From NCBI GenBank assembly GCA_000802045.1, contig JUEF01000117.1, forward strand, positions 6,792-70,791: DNA of 64,000 bases, read 5' to 3'. A model generated the notes under the pieces. The model did no database searches, was not told the DNA's origin, and saw only the letters and a program-made list of their open reading frames with translations. Position 1 is the stretch's first letter; each line of letters begins with the position of its first letter. Positions 19,067-28,514 of this stretch are shown one piece after another. This DNA comes from Peptococcaceae bacterium BICA1-8 (GTDB lineage: Bacteria > Bacillota > Peptococcia > Peptococcales > BICA1-8). The position numbers and the translations under genes were made by a program.

Positions 19067-19858
19067 ATGGAACCTACAACACGTTATCTAAGCACCCTTG
19101 AACGGGCATTATGGCTTCTCACTTTTTTTGACAGTGGGTCACCAAAATGGCGTGTATCAGACCTTAGTAGGCAAACTGGAATTTCCAAGTCAACAGTATC
19201 TAGGATGTTACAGACTATGGAAAAACATGATTTTATTGAAAAAGATATTGTAACTGGACAATATGGTTTAGGTGTAAGATTTTTGGAATTTGCAGCTTTA
19301 GTAAGCTACGGACAAGATTTACGCAGATGTTCACAAAATGAGATGTCTTGGCTTGTTAACGAAACGGGTGAGTGCGTTATACTTACAGTTCATAGTGCTG
19401 GCGAGGCTATATGTATTGATAAGAGGGATTCTTCGCGACCTGTCCATATAACATATCTCGTGGGTGGGCGTGCTTCGCTGCATGCAGGAGCATCTGGCAA
19501 GATTTTAGCTGCATTCATGAATCCGACTGACATAGAACAATTTATAAAAGAAAAGGGACTTGCTCGTTATACTGACAAGACAATTGTTGACCCAGATGAG
19601 TTTAGGCAGGATCTTGAGCGAATTCGTCAACAAGGATATGCAATAACGCATGGTGAGCTTGACTCAGGTATAATGGCAGTTGCTGCGCCAATTTTTAATA
19701 ATGAATGTCAGATCGTAGGTGGCATAAGCGTAGTATGCTTACCCGAAAGATTAAATGAGGCATTAGATGAAATAGTGGAAAAAACAATAAAGGCTGCAAA
19801 TCGGATTTCTTTAAAGCTGGGATTCAGTAATGAATCTACTAAACAGTACAACAAGTAG
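19067..19858 (+). CDS. IclR-family transcriptional regulator
   Basis: N-terminal wHTH (SDLSRQTGISKSTVSRMLQTM) plus a C-terminal IclR effector domain. Confidence 0.9.
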   Translation: MEPTTRYLSTLERALWLLTFFDSGSPKWRVSDLSRQTGISKSTVSRMLQTMEKHDFIEKDIVTGQYGLGVRFLEFAALVSYGQDLRRCSQNEMSWLVNETGECVILTVHSAGEAICIDKRDSSRPVHITYLVGGRASLHAGASGKILAAFMNPTDIEQFIKEKGLARYTDKTIVDPDEFRQDLERIRQQGYAITHGELDSGIMAVAAPIFNNECQIVGGISVVCLPERLNEALDEIVEKTIKAANRISLKLGFSNESTKQYNK

Positions 19859-19962
19859 TGCCGAGAAATATCTTAATGAAGGGAATCTCTCTAGGTTGTC
19901 TTTCCTGGATATTATGGAGGCTATAGTTTTTAACCGAATAAATAAGAAAAGGAGAGATTGCC

Positions 19963-20973
19963 ATGAATGGTGAGGAAGTATTATTAAAAGCAAAAATGAA
20001 GGGTGTTTGCCGAAACTGTAGAAATTGTGACGGCAGGGTATGTGCCGGAGAGGTGCCTGGCATGGGGGGAATAGGAACTGGTTCGTCTTTTCGTGCCAAT
20101 GTGGAAGCGTTGGCGAAGATAAAAATCAACATGTCCGTAGTACATGGAGTACATTCACCTCATACTGAAGTTGAATTCATGAACCTTTCTCTGAAGACAC
20201 CTATACTGGTAGCCCCTATTGGAGGGATGGACGTAAATCTTGGGGGAGTTTTATCTGAGGCGGAATACAATCATGCGGTGGTTGTCGGCGCGAATAAAGC
20301 AGGCAGTATTGCAATGACGGGAGATGGGCCTAATCTTTTGCATTTTAAATCAGGCCTCAATGCAATTGCTTCTGTGGGAACGGGCATACCTGTAATTAAA
20401 CCCCGTTTTTCTGAAGAGATACTGGAAAGATTTAAGCTTGCTGCAGAGAGCGGTGCAACTGCTGTTGGGATTGATATAGATGCAGCGGGTCTCGTTAATA
20501 TGACAAAAAGCAATCAACTTGTAGGACCTAAAACGGAAATGGAACTTTCTGAAATAATTTCTAAAAGTCCCTTACCTGTTATTATTAAGGGTATAATGAC
20601 GCCTGAAGATGCATTGAAGGTATTGAATGCAGGGGCAGCAGGGATTGTAGTATCTAACCACGGAGGAAGGGTATTAGATTTTACCCCCGGAACTGCTGAG
20701 GTTTTACCCGCAATTGCACGTCAGGTAAAAGGCAAGCTTACAATACTTGTAGATGGTGGGATAAGGTCTGGTATCGATGTTCTGAAAATGCTTGCGCTGG
20801 GGGCTGATGCCGTTCTTATAGGGCGCCCGGTAACGCGCGCTGCAATCGAAGGAGGCGGTGATGCTGTCAGGGAATTGCTAGAAAAACTATCCGATGAATT
20901 GAGAACTGCAATGATACTTACCGGATGCGAGAAGATAGAAGATATCGGCAGTCAGGTAATTTATCAAGGGTAA
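19963..20973 (+). CDS. FMN-dependent alpha-hydroxy-acid oxidising enzyme family protein
   Basis: Motifs IIKGI, VSNHGGR and VDGGIRSG.DVLKMLALGADAV.IGRP. The N-terminus has a Cys-rich segment, CRNCRNCDGRVC. Confidence 0.85.
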   Translation: MNGEEVLLKAKMKGVCRNCRNCDGRVCAGEVPGMGGIGTGSSFRANVEALAKIKINMSVVHGVHSPHTEVEFMNLSLKTPILVAPIGGMDVNLGGVLSEAEYNHAVVVGANKAGSIAMTGDGPNLLHFKSGLNAIASVGTGIPVIKPRFSEEILERFKLAAESGATAVGIDIDAAGLVNMTKSNQLVGPKTEMELSEIISKSPLPVIIKGIMTPEDALKVLNAGAAGIVVSNHGGRVLDFTPGTAEVLPAIARQVKGKLTILVDGGIRSGIDVLKMLALGADAVLIGRPVTRAAIEGGGDAVRELLEKLSDELRTAMILTGCEKIEDIGSQVIYQG

Positions 20974-21161
20974 ACTTACCAACATAGGAGCTAGCTTAAG
21001 AAAGTAGTTCCTGCGTACGATGGAGTACCATAAAATGGCGATGGCGCTTTTTGCTTAGGCAAAGAGAGCTATTTTTTTTATTTTTTCGAAATTTTTAGAA
21101 TTATTAGAAGGGAAATTAAAAAGTATGTAGAATATTTGGAATATACAAAACTGAAACACTA

Positions 21162-21176
21162 TTGCCAATATGGCAA
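21162..21176. promoter_or_regulatory. candidate operator palindrome upstream of the TRAP operon
   Basis: TTGCCAATATGGCAA, a perfect 6-3-6 palindrome about 95 nt upstream of the dctP-like start. Confidence 0.35.
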
Positions 21177-21270
21177 CAACACAACAGGAGAGGATGATTA
21201 TATGAATTAAAATGGCTTAAATCAGATTTCATTTCAAAGTAAATAAAAATATGAAAGGGGTAATAAAATT

Positions 21271-22383
21271 ATGTTTAAAAAGTCCAAGTTTTTAATGGGA
21301 TTAATAATGTTAGTTCTGGTTGTTGTTCTTTCGCTGACAATTTCAGCCTGTGGGACAACAGAGAAACCAGCAGAGAAACCAGCAGAGAAACCAGCAGAAG
21401 AGATAGAAATTACCTTAACGTACTCAGATCATGATCCCCCAGGAGGAATGAGAACGGAGTTTGTTAATAATGTATGGCTTCCAGAAATACAAAAACAGAC
21501 CGGCAACAAGGTGAAGTTTAATGCAAACTTTGGAGGCTCTTTATTGAGTTCACAAGAGGTACTGGATGGAGCCGCATCCGGGGTCACTGATATGGCTTTA
21601 ATATTTCCTGACTTCTACCCAGAAAAACTTTTCGGTTATCAGATTTTCAAGCTATTTCCCGAAGCTCCTGAAAAATGGGAAAATATCGCTTTAATTTATA
21701 AGAATGCCCTAGAAGAACTTCCACAGCTTACTAAAGAATTGGAAAAAATTAATCAAAAACCTCTACTAATAACAGTTGGTCTCCCCTCTGTTTTGGGAGC
21801 TACTTATAAAATAGACGGAGTAGAGGATATCATAGGGAAAAAATGGAGAGCATCAAGCCGTTGGCATTTAGAATCATTAAAACATATTGGCGCCAATCCG
21901 GTAAGTGTCCCTTGGGAGGATGTATATATGTCCCTCGAAACTGGAGTAATTGATGGTGTGTTGACTAATTATGACGGTTTCCATATGATGAAATTTTATG
22001 AAGCTGCAACAGAAATTATAGTGGGTCCCCAGCTGTGGTGGGCAACACCATTCTTACACACAATAAATCTTGATAAATGGAATAGTTTGCCTAAAGATGT
22101 TCAGGAGAATATTATGAAGGCATCCGAAATTGCTCAAGGAAAGTTTGGCGAGTTATTTGCCAAAGAATTAGAAAGAACTATTGAGGAAGAACGTGCTGCG
22201 GGGGTTAATGTCAAAATAGCAGATGATAAAGATATCCAATTTTTCATCGATAAAGAACTTTTAGAAAAAAATAGAAATACTTGGATTAAAGAAGCCAAAG
22301 AAAAGCATGGTATTAATGATGCAGAAGAATATATTAATAAGATGCAGAAAATTATGGATGATGGACTTGCAAAAGAGAAATAG
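21271..22383 (+). CDS. dctP: TRAP transporter substrate-binding lipoprotein (DctP family)
   Basis: Lipobox LTISAC and a DctP-like body, followed by the Q and M subunits. Confidence 0.85.
   Translation: MFKKSKFLMGLIMLVLVVVLSLTISACGTTEKPAEKPAEKPAEEIEITLTYSDHDPPGGMRTEFVNNVWLPEIQKQTGNKVKFNANFGGSLLSSQEVLDGAASGVTDMALIFPDFYPEKLFGYQIFKLFPEAPEKWENIALIYKNALEELPQLTKELEKINQKPLLITVGLPSVLGATYKIDGVEDIIGKKWRASSRWHLESLKHIGANPVSVPWEDVYMSLETGVIDGVLTNYDGFHMMKFYEAATEIIVGPQLWWATPFLHTINLDKWNSLPKDVQENIMKASEIAQGKFGELFAKELERTIEEERAAGVNVKIADDKDIQFFIDKELLEKNRNTWIKEAKEKHGINDAEEYINKMQKIMDDGLAKEK
21361..21396 (+). repeat. 3 x 12-nt perfect tandem repeat encoding (EKPA)3
   Basis: GAGAAACCAGCA repeated three times, directly after the lipobox. 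Confidence 0.9.
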
Positions 22384-22569
22384 AAAGCTTAGCTAACCAT
22401 GTTACTAGGTTCTTCCGAGACTGTTTACTAACATTTAAGAATTAATTTCCCCCTTCTTTTCTAAGTAGAAAAGGAGGGGGTTATACTTAACTTTATCTAT
22501 GACCCTTTGAAATATTATCATGTATCTCATTTAAGTATTTTAAAATAATTAGAAAAAGGTGTATAAACC

Positions 22570-23103
22570 ATGAGAAATTTTTTTAGTTTTACAAAAAATA
22601 CCATACACCAAATAAACAACAAGCTTGCGGAACTGTGTGGATTATTATTATTGATTATAATGGTTTTACTTACAATTGATATTGTTACTAGAACTTTGGG
22701 AAAATCACTTCCCGGTCTTACTACATTGGCAGTTTTGATTTTATTGGCTGTTGTTTACTTGGGGTTAGCCCGCTGTGAGGAGCATGATGAGCATGCCGCT
22801 GTTGAAATGATCCCACATTTGTTACCTCCTAAATGGAGAGGTATTAATATTATGGTAGTTAATGTTTTAAATTTAATTGCCATCAGTATTTTTTTCTATG
22901 TATCAGTGGGAAGCTTTATTGGTTCTTATCAATCGAAGGAGAGCTTCGCGGATGTGATTATGATTCCTATATGGCCTTCCAAATTAGCCATAGCTGTTGG
23001 CCTGTTCTTTTTTGCTATACAAATTATGATCAAATTGATAGAAAGTATTGATCATTTTATAACTGGCAAAAAATCTGGGTGGAGAACCGAAAAATCCGAT
23101 TAA
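22570..23103 (+). CDS. dctQ: TRAP transporter small permease (DctQ family)
   Basis: 177 aa with four TM segments, positioned between the P and M subunits. Confidence 0.8.
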   Translation: MRNFFSFTKNTIHQINNKLAELCGLLLLIIMVLLTIDIVTRTLGKSLPGLTTLAVLILLAVVYLGLARCEEHDEHAAVEMIPHLLPPKWRGINIMVVNVLNLIAISIFFYVSVGSFIGSYQSKESFADVIMIPIWPSKLAIAVGLFFFAIQIMIKLIESIDHFITGKKSGWRTEKSD

Positions 23104-23405
23104 CAATATATTATAACTTCGAGCTATATGATATGCGGTTGCTTCATGTTTTCCATCAGATATCAAAATAAAAGAACGAAAAATCTCCAGTTGACTTCTG
23201 GAATTATTTTTAGTATTGGAGTAATAAAGCTTTAAAAATAGGCTGTAACAAGGACATTATTAATTAGAAACTTTCGATACTTAATAGCAGATAACCAATT
23301 CGTCTTGATTTTTTGGGGTGAGAACAAAATATCTTTCCCTGAAAGTTGATGTCAAAATATATGAGTTTTTCGAAATTTTTAATGAAAGAGATGAGGTTGG
23401 AGAAA

Positions 23406-24725
23406 ATGTTTAGCTTAACCTTAATTGGGGTTATTTGTATTACTCTATTATTACTATTTATTTTCATAAGTGTTCCAGTCGGGATAGCATTTATTTTAAG
23501 TGGCTTAATTAGTACTTATCTTATCTTTGGTTTAGAGAAATCGCTATCTCTTTTAATGGGAGCATCTTATAGTTCGATAGCGGCTCCCAGCTGGACTGCT
23601 ATACCTTTATTCGTTTTATTAGGATCGCTTGCTGTTCAATCGGGCTTTGCTAGTAGGGCATACAAGAGCGCTGATGGTATTACCTCTGGCTTACCAGGTT
23701 CAGTGGGAATAACCACCTGTTTTGGTTGTGCAGCCTTTGGAGCTATCTCTGGTGCTTCTATAGCTGCCACAGCAATCTTTGGCAAGATGGCATTACCTGA
23801 AATGCGCCGTTTAGGGTATGATAAATCATTTGCTACGGGAATTATTGCCTCCGCTGGCACATTTGCGTCAATGATTCCCCCGAGTATGATGTTTATTATA
23901 TATGCCTTGTTTACCAGAACTTCTGTTGCGAAGCTATTTTTTGCCGGTATTGTTCCTGGTTTGATAACGGCAGTCGTTTATTCTATATATATTTATTTCC
24001 GGGCAAAAAATGATAAAGAGCTGTTAGCACGGCAAGAAGCTGAACCAAAATTAAATTTTAAAGAGCGATTACATTTAGTAAGTACGTCCTGGCCAATCTT
24101 ATTGGTTGCCTTTACTATTTTGGGAGGTATTTATTCTGGTAAATTTACGCCTACAGAGGCAGCTGCAGTAGGTTGTATTCTTGTTGTAATTATTGGCCTA
24201 TTTGAAGGTAAATATAAAAAGTTTAGCGACTTTACTGATGCCTTGCGGGAGTCAGCCAATACTACTTCTATGGTATTTTTGATTAACATTGGAGCCTTGT
24301 ACTACGGCAAAGTACTGATTCTTAGTCGTTTACCTGCTGATCTTACTTCATATTTAACTAGTTTAAGTCTCCCGCCGTTTCTCATATTATCTATAATATG
24401 CATAATTTTCTTCCTTCTAGGAATGATTATGGTTCCTATCGGAATTTATGCAATGATCTTACCTATTGTAATGCCTATATTGACTTCTTTAGGGTATGAC
24501 CCCATCTGGTTTGGTATAATTGCCCTGAAACTAACCGAAATAGGTGCGGTTACCCCACCGGTAGGGCTAAACGTATATGCTCTCAAAGGGGTGGTTACCA
24601 AAGACATTACTGTAACTGATATTTTTAGAGGAATTTGGCCGTTTGTTGGTTGCGATCTAGTTGTATTAATATTTTTGATTTTATTCCCACAAATAGCATT
24701 ATGGTTGCCGAATTTATTGTTTTAA
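23406..24725 (+). CDS. dctM: TRAP transporter large permease (DctM family)
   Basis: Polytopic protein of about 440 aa. ATG at 23406 follows GGTTGGAG, and the upstream extension in the track is unlikely to be real. Confidence 0.85.
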   Translation: MFSLTLIGVICITLLLLFIFISVPVGIAFILSGLISTYLIFGLEKSLSLLMGASYSSIAAPSWTAIPLFVLLGSLAVQSGFASRAYKSADGITSGLPGSVGITTCFGCAAFGAISGASIAATAIFGKMALPEMRRLGYDKSFATGIIASAGTFASMIPPSMMFIIYALFTRTSVAKLFFAGIVPGLITAVVYSIYIYFRAKNDKELLARQEAEPKLNFKERLHLVSTSWPILLVAFTILGGIYSGKFTPTEAAAVGCILVVIIGLFEGKYKKFSDFTDALRESANTTSMVFLINIGALYYGKVLILSRLPADLTSYLTSLSLPPFLILSIICIIFFLLGMIMVPIGIYAMILPIVMPILTSLGYDPIWFGIIALKLTEIGAVTPPVGLNVYALKGVVTKDITVTDIFRGIWPFVGCDLVVLIFLILFPQIALWLPNLLF

Positions 24726-24787
24726 TAAAATCTGATAGATGAATTGGACTAATATTGGTTATAAAAAGTTAAGGAGTGAATGCATAA

Positions 24788-25462
24788 ATGAAGATTATGA
24801 TAATTAATCCAAACTCAGATACGCAAACGACAGAAGCCATGCAGAAAACAGCTAATAGCTTTTCAAATGGAGATTTTGAAGTTGTATGTAAATCCACACC
24901 CGGGGGACCAAAATTTATTGGTACTTACGAAGACCAAATTAAAGCAGCCCCTGGTATGGTGAATATAGTTCGTGAAAATGAAAAGGAATTTGATGCATTT
25001 ATTATTGCATGTCATGCTGATCCAAATCTTGATGTTATTAAGGAAATAACAAAAAAACCTGTTGTAGGAATAGGCGAAGCTTCAATGAAAATTGCTTCCA
25101 TGTTAGGTCATAGCTTCTCTGTACTAGCACCAGTTGAGCATTCAATACCTAATAAAGAAGCCTTGGCAAGGAAATATCATCTTCAGGATACTTTAGCATC
25201 AGTAAGGGCTCCAAAAGCCCTAGAGGGTGAATGTTCGGAAGAAGAAAGACATCTAGAGGTGGCCAAGATAATTGTTAAGGAAGATAATGCAGAGGTTATT
25301 GTTTTAGGATGTGCTGGAATGACTGGCTTGGATAAAATCATACAGGATAAGATTGGTGTACCTGTGTTAGATGGTGTTGTATGCGCATTAATCATTGCTA
25401 CGGGTTTAGTGAGATACAAAGTTTCAACAAGTAAGGTAAGGAGATATAACCCTGTATTTTAG
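24788..25462 (+). CDS. Asp/Glu/hydantoin racemase family protein (allantoin/hydantoin racemase-like)
   Basis: MKIMIINPN start and two catalytic Cys contexts (IIACHADP, LGCAGMTG). Confidence 0.8.
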   Translation: MKIMIINPNSDTQTTEAMQKTANSFSNGDFEVVCKSTPGGPKFIGTYEDQIKAAPGMVNIVRENEKEFDAFIIACHADPNLDVIKEITKKPVVGIGEASMKIASMLGHSFSVLAPVEHSIPNKEALARKYHLQDTLASVRAPKALEGECSEEERHLEVAKIIVKEDNAEVIVLGCAGMTGLDKIIQDKIGVPVLDGVVCALIIATGLVRYKVSTSKVRRYNPVF

Positions 25463-25549
25463 TATTTTTAATTTATTGCGTTGATGAAGCCATAGAAAGA
25501 AAAATAAAAATTAGTTTAAATATAAGGAATTAGTTTTAGGAGGTTAATT

Positions 25550-26935
25550 ATGAAGACAGTAGATTTAGTTGTCACCAATGGAAAGGTTTTCACAAATGGA
25601 AGTTTATTTAATGGAGGTTTAGCAATCCATGAAGGTAAAGTGGTAGCAATCTGTGATGAAAATTTATTACCAAATGGTAAAGAGGTAATAGATGCTAAAG
25701 GAAATTATGTATTACCTGGATCCATTGATACCCACGTTCATTTTCGGGATCCAGGAAGATCTGATAGAGAAACATTTAAAACAGGTACATTTGCTGCGGC
25801 GGCAGGTGGTGTAACAACAGTTTTAGAACATCCTATATCAACACCACCTCCTTATTCACCGGAGATTTTACAAAACAGAATTAGGGTTGCCGAACCCCAA
25901 TCAATAGTTGATTTTGCATTTTTTGGAGCAGCTAGTGCAAAGTTTCCCCAGGAAATAGCCAGAATTTCCAAAGAAGGCATCGTTGGATTTAAGACATTTT
26001 TACATGAAGCACCAGAAGGCAGAGATGCAGAATTTGTTGGCTTAACTATGGATAATGACGGCGAGCTACTAGATGGTTTAAAGGAAGTAGCTAAAACAGG
26101 GCTTATTTGTGCTGTACACGCTGAAAATAATGACATTATTCAAAGGCAGATTAAACTTTTAAGAAGTAATGGAAGAACAGACGGTAAGGCACACGCAGAA
26201 TCTAGGCCTCCAATTTCTGAAGTTGAAACTGTAGCAAAGGTTATCCGATATGCTAAAGAAACGGGAGCCAGGATAGATTTTTGTCACATCTCAACTCCGG
26301 AAGCAATGGAACTTATTAAGAGAGCTAAATATGAAGGACAAGAGTTTTATTTAGAAACTTGTCCCCATTATTTATTTTTATCTGAAGATGATTTAATAAA
26401 ATTTGGACCCTTTGCTAAGTGTAATCCGCCATTGAGAGAAAAGGTGCTGGTTGAAAAGCTTTGGGATTATATAAATGATGGTTCTGTCGATTTTATTGGC
26501 AGTGATCATGGTCCATTTTTATTGTCCGAAAAAGAAACAGGTTTTCCAGATATTTTTGTGGCACCTGCAGGTTTTCCTGGGATAGATTTACGTCTTCCTT
26601 TAATGCTTAATGCAGTAAATGAAGGGAGATTAACTCTCGAAAGAACTATAGAATTACTCTGTGAAAACCCAGCTAAAATATTTGGGCTTTATCCTACAAA
26701 GGGTGTCATCCAGGTTGGGGCAGATGCTGACCTAGTAATAGTGGATATGGATGCAACATTTACAGTTTCTATAGAGAAAATGCATTCAAAATCTAAAGAC
26801 ATAGCAAAGGTATACGAAGGCTGGGAGTTAAAGGGCAAGCCTATCCATACAGTAGTTAGAGGAAGAGTCGTAATGAATAACGGTAGCATAGATGAGACTG
26901 CAGTAGGCTGGGGCAAGCTAATAAAACCTTTTTAA
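25550..26935 (+). CDS. cyclic amidohydrolase (allantoinase / hydantoinase / dihydropyrimidinase family)
   Basis: Motifs DTHVHF, GFKTF (carboxylated Lys context), VHAEN, FCHIS, ETCPHY, AKCNPPLR, GSDHGP and GADADLV. Confidence 0.85.
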   Translation: MKTVDLVVTNGKVFTNGSLFNGGLAIHEGKVVAICDENLLPNGKEVIDAKGNYVLPGSIDTHVHFRDPGRSDRETFKTGTFAAAAGGVTTVLEHPISTPPPYSPEILQNRIRVAEPQSIVDFAFFGAASAKFPQEIARISKEGIVGFKTFLHEAPEGRDAEFVGLTMDNDGELLDGLKEVAKTGLICAVHAENNDIIQRQIKLLRSNGRTDGKAHAESRPPISEVETVAKVIRYAKETGARIDFCHISTPEAMELIKRAKYEGQEFYLETCPHYLFLSEDDLIKFGPFAKCNPPLREKVLVEKLWDYINDGSVDFIGSDHGPFLLSEKETGFPDIFVAPAGFPGIDLRLPLMLNAVNEGRLTLERTIELLCENPAKIFGLYPTKGVIQVGADADLVIVDMDATFTVSIEKMHSKSKDIAKVYEGWELKGKPIHTVVRGRVVMNNGSIDETAVGWGKLIKPF

Positions 26936-26947
26936 AGGAGGACTATA

Positions 26948-28156
26948 ATGCAAATAAATATTGACAGAATAAGGGAAAATTTATTAAAAGTGGGGGAAAT
27001 CGGAAGGGTGGAAGGCAGGGGAATTACTAGACTTGCTTATAGTAAAGAGTTTGAAGAAGCTGCAAAGGATCTTATTGATTTAATGGAAAAAGCAAACCTG
27101 GATGTAACCAGGGATGGTGTGAAAAACATATTTGGTAAAAGGGCCGGTGATAACAAAAATTATCCCTCAATTATGGTTGGCTCTCACCTTGATACTGTAC
27201 CTAATGGAGGAATATTTGATGGAGCGTTAGGTGTTATTGCCGCATTGGAAGTTATTAATGTTCTTAATGAAAACAATATTAGAACAAAACATCCGATTGA
27301 ACTAGTAGCCTTTAATGCCGAAGAGGGTTCTGCTATAGGGGGTACTTTTGGTAGTAGAGTAGTGGCTGGTCTCCAAGATCCCTATGAGGATGGATTAATA
27401 GAAAAACTAGATCAGTACGGAATGGATATTAATGATGTAAAAAAATCAGTCAGAAACACAGCTAGTATTAAGACATTCTTAGAATTACATGTAGAACAAG
27501 GAGCCAATTTATATGAAAAGGGTATTCCAATAGGAATACCTACTGGGATATTCGGCATTACAAGATATGGCATTGTTGCCAAAGGTGAGGCAAATCATGC
27601 AGGAACAACGCCTATGCGTTTACGAAAAGACCCCATGATTGGAGCAGCAAAATTAATAATTGAAATAGATAGAATTGTAAAGGAAATAGGAGAGCCTTTA
27701 GTTGCTACAATAGGAGTAATAAAAGCATCCCCAGGTACTGTAAATGTAATTCCTGGCACAGTTGAATTTATTGTTGAGTTAAGAGACATAGATAATCAAA
27801 GAATTGAAGAGGCGGTCAATAAATTTAAGAATTCAGCCCATAGTATAGGCGGAGATATTGGGTTTGAATTTAATCTACTTATCAATAAACCACCTACCAT
27901 GTTAAATAAGGAAGTAATAGAAGTAATTAAGAATGCCTGCTTAGACAAAAAAATTGATTATCAAATTACGGTCAGCGGAGCTGGGCATGATGCAAAGTCT
28001 TTAGCCGAAAAGGTTCCTACCGGTATGATTTTTGTTCCCAGTAAAGATGGAAAAAGTCATTGTCCAGAGGAATGGACAGACTGGGAAAGTATTAAAACAG
28101 GTGTAGAGGTTTTGTTAGATACAATTATGAAATTGGATTCTTTAGAATTATCTTGA
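26948..28156 (+). CDS. M20-family amidohydrolase (allantoate amidohydrolase / N-carbamoyl-L-amino-acid hydrolase type)
   Basis: Motifs GSHLDTVPNGGIFDGALGV, FNAEEG, ANHAGTTPM and GAGHDA. Confidence 0.85.
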   Translation: MQINIDRIRENLLKVGEIGRVEGRGITRLAYSKEFEEAAKDLIDLMEKANLDVTRDGVKNIFGKRAGDNKNYPSIMVGSHLDTVPNGGIFDGALGVIAALEVINVLNENNIRTKHPIELVAFNAEEGSAIGGTFGSRVVAGLQDPYEDGLIEKLDQYGMDINDVKKSVRNTASIKTFLELHVEQGANLYEKGIPIGIPTGIFGITRYGIVAKGEANHAGTTPMRLRKDPMIGAAKLIIEIDRIVKEIGEPLVATIGVIKASPGTVNVIPGTVEFIVELRDIDNQRIEEAVNKFKNSAHSIGGDIGFEFNLLINKPPTMLNKEVIEVIKNACLDKKIDYQITVSGAGHDAKSLAEKVPTGMIFVPSKDGKSHCPEEWTDWESIKTGVEVLLDTIMKLDSLELS

Positions 28157-28209
28157 AGTTGATCCCGTTGCCAAGACAGAAAGTTGAATGGTTTTTAAGG
28201 GGGGATTTA

Positions 28210-28500
28210 ATGTTGTTTATCTTAGATACTAAAAAATGTACTGGCTGCAGGATATGTGAACTAGTATGTTCATTTCACCACAGTGGAACTTTTGCTCCAA
28301 GTTTGTCAAGTATTCAAGTGTCTCGAAAAAAAATAACAGGGGAAATTAAGCTTGCTTTCTACAATACAACCAAAGATGCTCATCCTGCATGTAACTGTAC
28401 ATTAAATCAAGAAAAATGTATAGAATACTGCCCTGTCGAGGGACGTGAAGAATTGACAGATATCTTGCGTTTAAGAGAAAACAATAATCAAATCCTTTAG
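28210..28500 (+). CDS. small 4Fe-4S ferredoxin-like protein
   Basis: CTGCRICELVC plus a distal C..C....C..CP pattern. SD AAGGGGGG precedes the ATG at 28210. Confidence 0.6.
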   Translation: MLFILDTKKCTGCRICELVCSFHHSGTFAPSLSSIQVSRKKITGEIKLAFYNTTKDAHPACNCTLNQEKCIEYCPVEGREELTDILRLRENNNQIL

Positions 28501-28514
28501 TCAGGGGTGAATTT

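Noticed and set aside
22984-23467. Minus-strand ORFs 22984..23166 and 23264..23467, and the N-terminal extension of the dctM ORF (23346..23405)
   Set aside because: They sit in the dctQ-dctM spacer, have no SD and are low in complexity. The SD-supported ATG at 23406 gives a normal DctM N-terminus.
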